Shown here one piece after another: positions 62,718 to 64,000 of a DNA stretch of 64,000 bases. The notes beneath the pieces were generated by a model that saw only the letters and a list, made by a program, of their open reading frames with translations, had not been told where the DNA came from and did not search any database. The number at the start of each line of letters is the position of its first letter. Positions within the stretch are counted from its first letter, which is position 1. The stretch is from positions 3,325 through 67,324 of the forward strand of contig JACKGC010000002.1 of assembly GCA_020632135.1 (NCBI GenBank). Reading direction: 5' to 3'. The DNA is from Candidatus Nomurabacteria bacterium. GTDB taxonomy: Bacteria; Patescibacteriota; Minisyncoccia; Phycocordibacterales; UBA918. Both the position numbers and the translations under genes were made by a program.

Positions 62718-64000
62718 ATGATAGGTACTCGGTACCGAACGTTTGTGGTGGTAGGAGCCGTCCTCCTCGCGCTTTTCGCTATGTACTGGAGCGGCTTCTT
62801 CACTACCACCCATTCCATCACCACCGACCTCGCCCAGTTCGACCTCGTCGGAGAGCGAGTTGAGGACGACTTCACCCAGTACCCACTGGTATCATTAAAC
62901 GACGAGTACACCCTCACCGATACCCTCAAGGACGGCGTCGAGATCACCTATGGCAGCCAAGCCAGTACTACCTTCGCTTCACCTGACCAGAGTGGATCCC
63001 TCACCCTCCAGTTCCCAAAGTCTCTCTCAGAACCCCTCACCATCACGCTCCCGGGTAATCGCACCTTCACTGTCACCCACAACGTGGAAGGTCACTACCA
63101 GAGTGAGCTCCTCACCAACGGCGCGGCAGATCTGCCTCAGACAGAGACCGCTCTGGGCCACTTGGCCGATCCTAAGTCTCTGCTAGAGGCAGAGACTGCC
63201 GCGCCTAACGACACCCCCACCTACCTCAAGTACACCTCCCCCAACTCCCGCACCCACACGTACTACGCCTACCAGAAGGACCAAGCCGCCGGCTACCGCA
63301 ACTTAAAGCACTGGACCATCTACCAAAGCGGCACCGGCCAAGAGACCGCCTCATACACCTTCGCTAACGCCCACCTCAAGACCAACGACCGGGGGGAAGT
63401 GGAAGTCCGCTATCTAGGGACTTACGAGGTCCCTAGATCGGGGGAAGAGGGAGGAGGAGTGGTCGAAGCAGACCTCTGGGCAAGAGCCCAGCGGGTCATT
63501 GCCGAAGACCAACTGGCTAACATCGAGAACCAACCCCCTGATCTCACCATCCCCGCGCCATACACCATTGATGCTAATGGTACCCACACTACCCACGAGT
63601 GGGTGGTCACTCCGCAAAGTGCTATCGACCCGAGTGACACCTCTGGTGATTACGTGCTCTCCGTGACCTTCACTGTGCCACTCCTTGGGTACCCAATTGC
63701 CCTTGACCCGACGTTGCAGTTTACGGCGCCGGGTACCTCTAACTCGGGGGATGTGATCACGGGGGAGGCACAGGTGAGCGACTTTGGCATCAGTATGACC
63801 ACCGGTGATTGGAATGGGGATGGCAAGACTGACTTGGCGGTGGGGGCGAGTGGCTACGATGTCACCACGAACTCTGGCGAAGGTAGGGTGTATATCTTCT
63901 GGTCATCGGAGCGACCGTCTGATTCTGCTGAAGCTGATGTGATCATTACTGGGGAGACCACATTGAGTACCTTCGGCGGCTCCCTCGCGACTGGTGACTT
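62718..64000 (+). CDS. Membrane-anchored FG-GAP (integrin-alpha-like) repeat protein; 3' end beyond the window
   Basis: Not in the ORF track (no stop within the window). Hand translation is open from ATG 62718 to 64000: MIGTRYRTFVVVGAVLLALFAMYW... then ...FGISMTTGDWNGDGKTDLAVGASGYD...GRVYIF...FGGSLATGD (FG-GAP repeats). Confidence 0.75.
   Translation, partial: MIGTRYRTFVVVGAVLLALFAMYWSGFFTTTHSITTDLAQFDLVGERVEDDFTQYPLVSLNDEYTLTDTLKDGVEITYGSQASTTFASPDQSGSLTLQFPKSLSEPLTITLPGNRTFTVTHNVEGHYQSELLTNGAADLPQTETALGHLADPKSLLEAETAAPNDTPTYLKYTSPNSRTHTYYAYQKDQAAGYRNLKHWTIYQSGTGQETASYTFANAHLKTNDRGEVEVRYLGTYEVPRSGEEGGGVVEADLWARAQRVIAEDQLANIENQPPDLTIPAPYTIDANGTHTTHEWVVTPQSAIDPSDTSGDYVLSVTFTVPLLGYPIALDPTLQFTAPGTSNSGDVITGEAQVSDFGISMTTGDWNGDGKTDLAVGASGYDVTTNSGEGRVYIFWSSERPSDSAEADVIITGETTLSTFGGSLATGD

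Overview
This is a 64-kb bacterial chromosomal window. The backbone genes are bacterial: prmC, rpmG, truB, ung, mutM, hpf, fmt-def-priA. The metabolic genes look archaeal or CPR-like: class I FBA, a GT4/GH57/GH15 alpha-glucan operon, and a complete nine-gene V/A-type ATPase operon. Assigning the organism to a small-genome or Patescibacteria-like lineage is inference only.

Layout, left to right:
- 1-10.6 kb: prmC, an ABC-2 exporter pair, FBA, rpmG, the alpha-glucan operon and truB.
- 10.7-19.8 kb: the V-type ATPase operon.
- 19.9-23.9 kb: ApbE, two FMN-binding exoproteins and an RnfD-like/FNR-fusion reductase.
- 23.9-30.1 kb: a tail-fibre-like surface protein with an S74 chaperone domain, a GH26-like hydrolase and a hyaluronan/chitin-synthase-like GT2.
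- 30.9-33.2 kb: ung, mutM and tRNA-Asn.
- 33.2-45.6 kb: an AT-rich composite island inserted at the 3' end of tRNA-Asn.
- 46.5-52.7 kb: a 2045-aa repetitive surface protein.
- 54-57 kb: a CAP-domain protein and a CE4-GT2 fusion synthase.
- 57.5-64 kb: a response regulator, a glutaredoxin-like protein, hpf, fmt, def, a degenerate priA and a partial FG-GAP protein.

The island has two parts. Element 1 carries a large serine recombinase, a terS-like gene and unknown cargo. Module 2 has no integrase and is bounded by repeated att cores.

The most interesting signal is in module 2. A 43-aa Cys-rich ORF, below the ORF-track cutoff, lies directly upstream of a radical SAM/SPASM enzyme with a C-terminal PqqD-like domain. 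A GNAT and an HExxH protein flank them. Together these look like a mobile RiPP (sactipeptide/ranthipeptide-like) cluster.

I saw no rRNA and no CRISPR array. All family assignments come from motifs read by eye, not from database searches.
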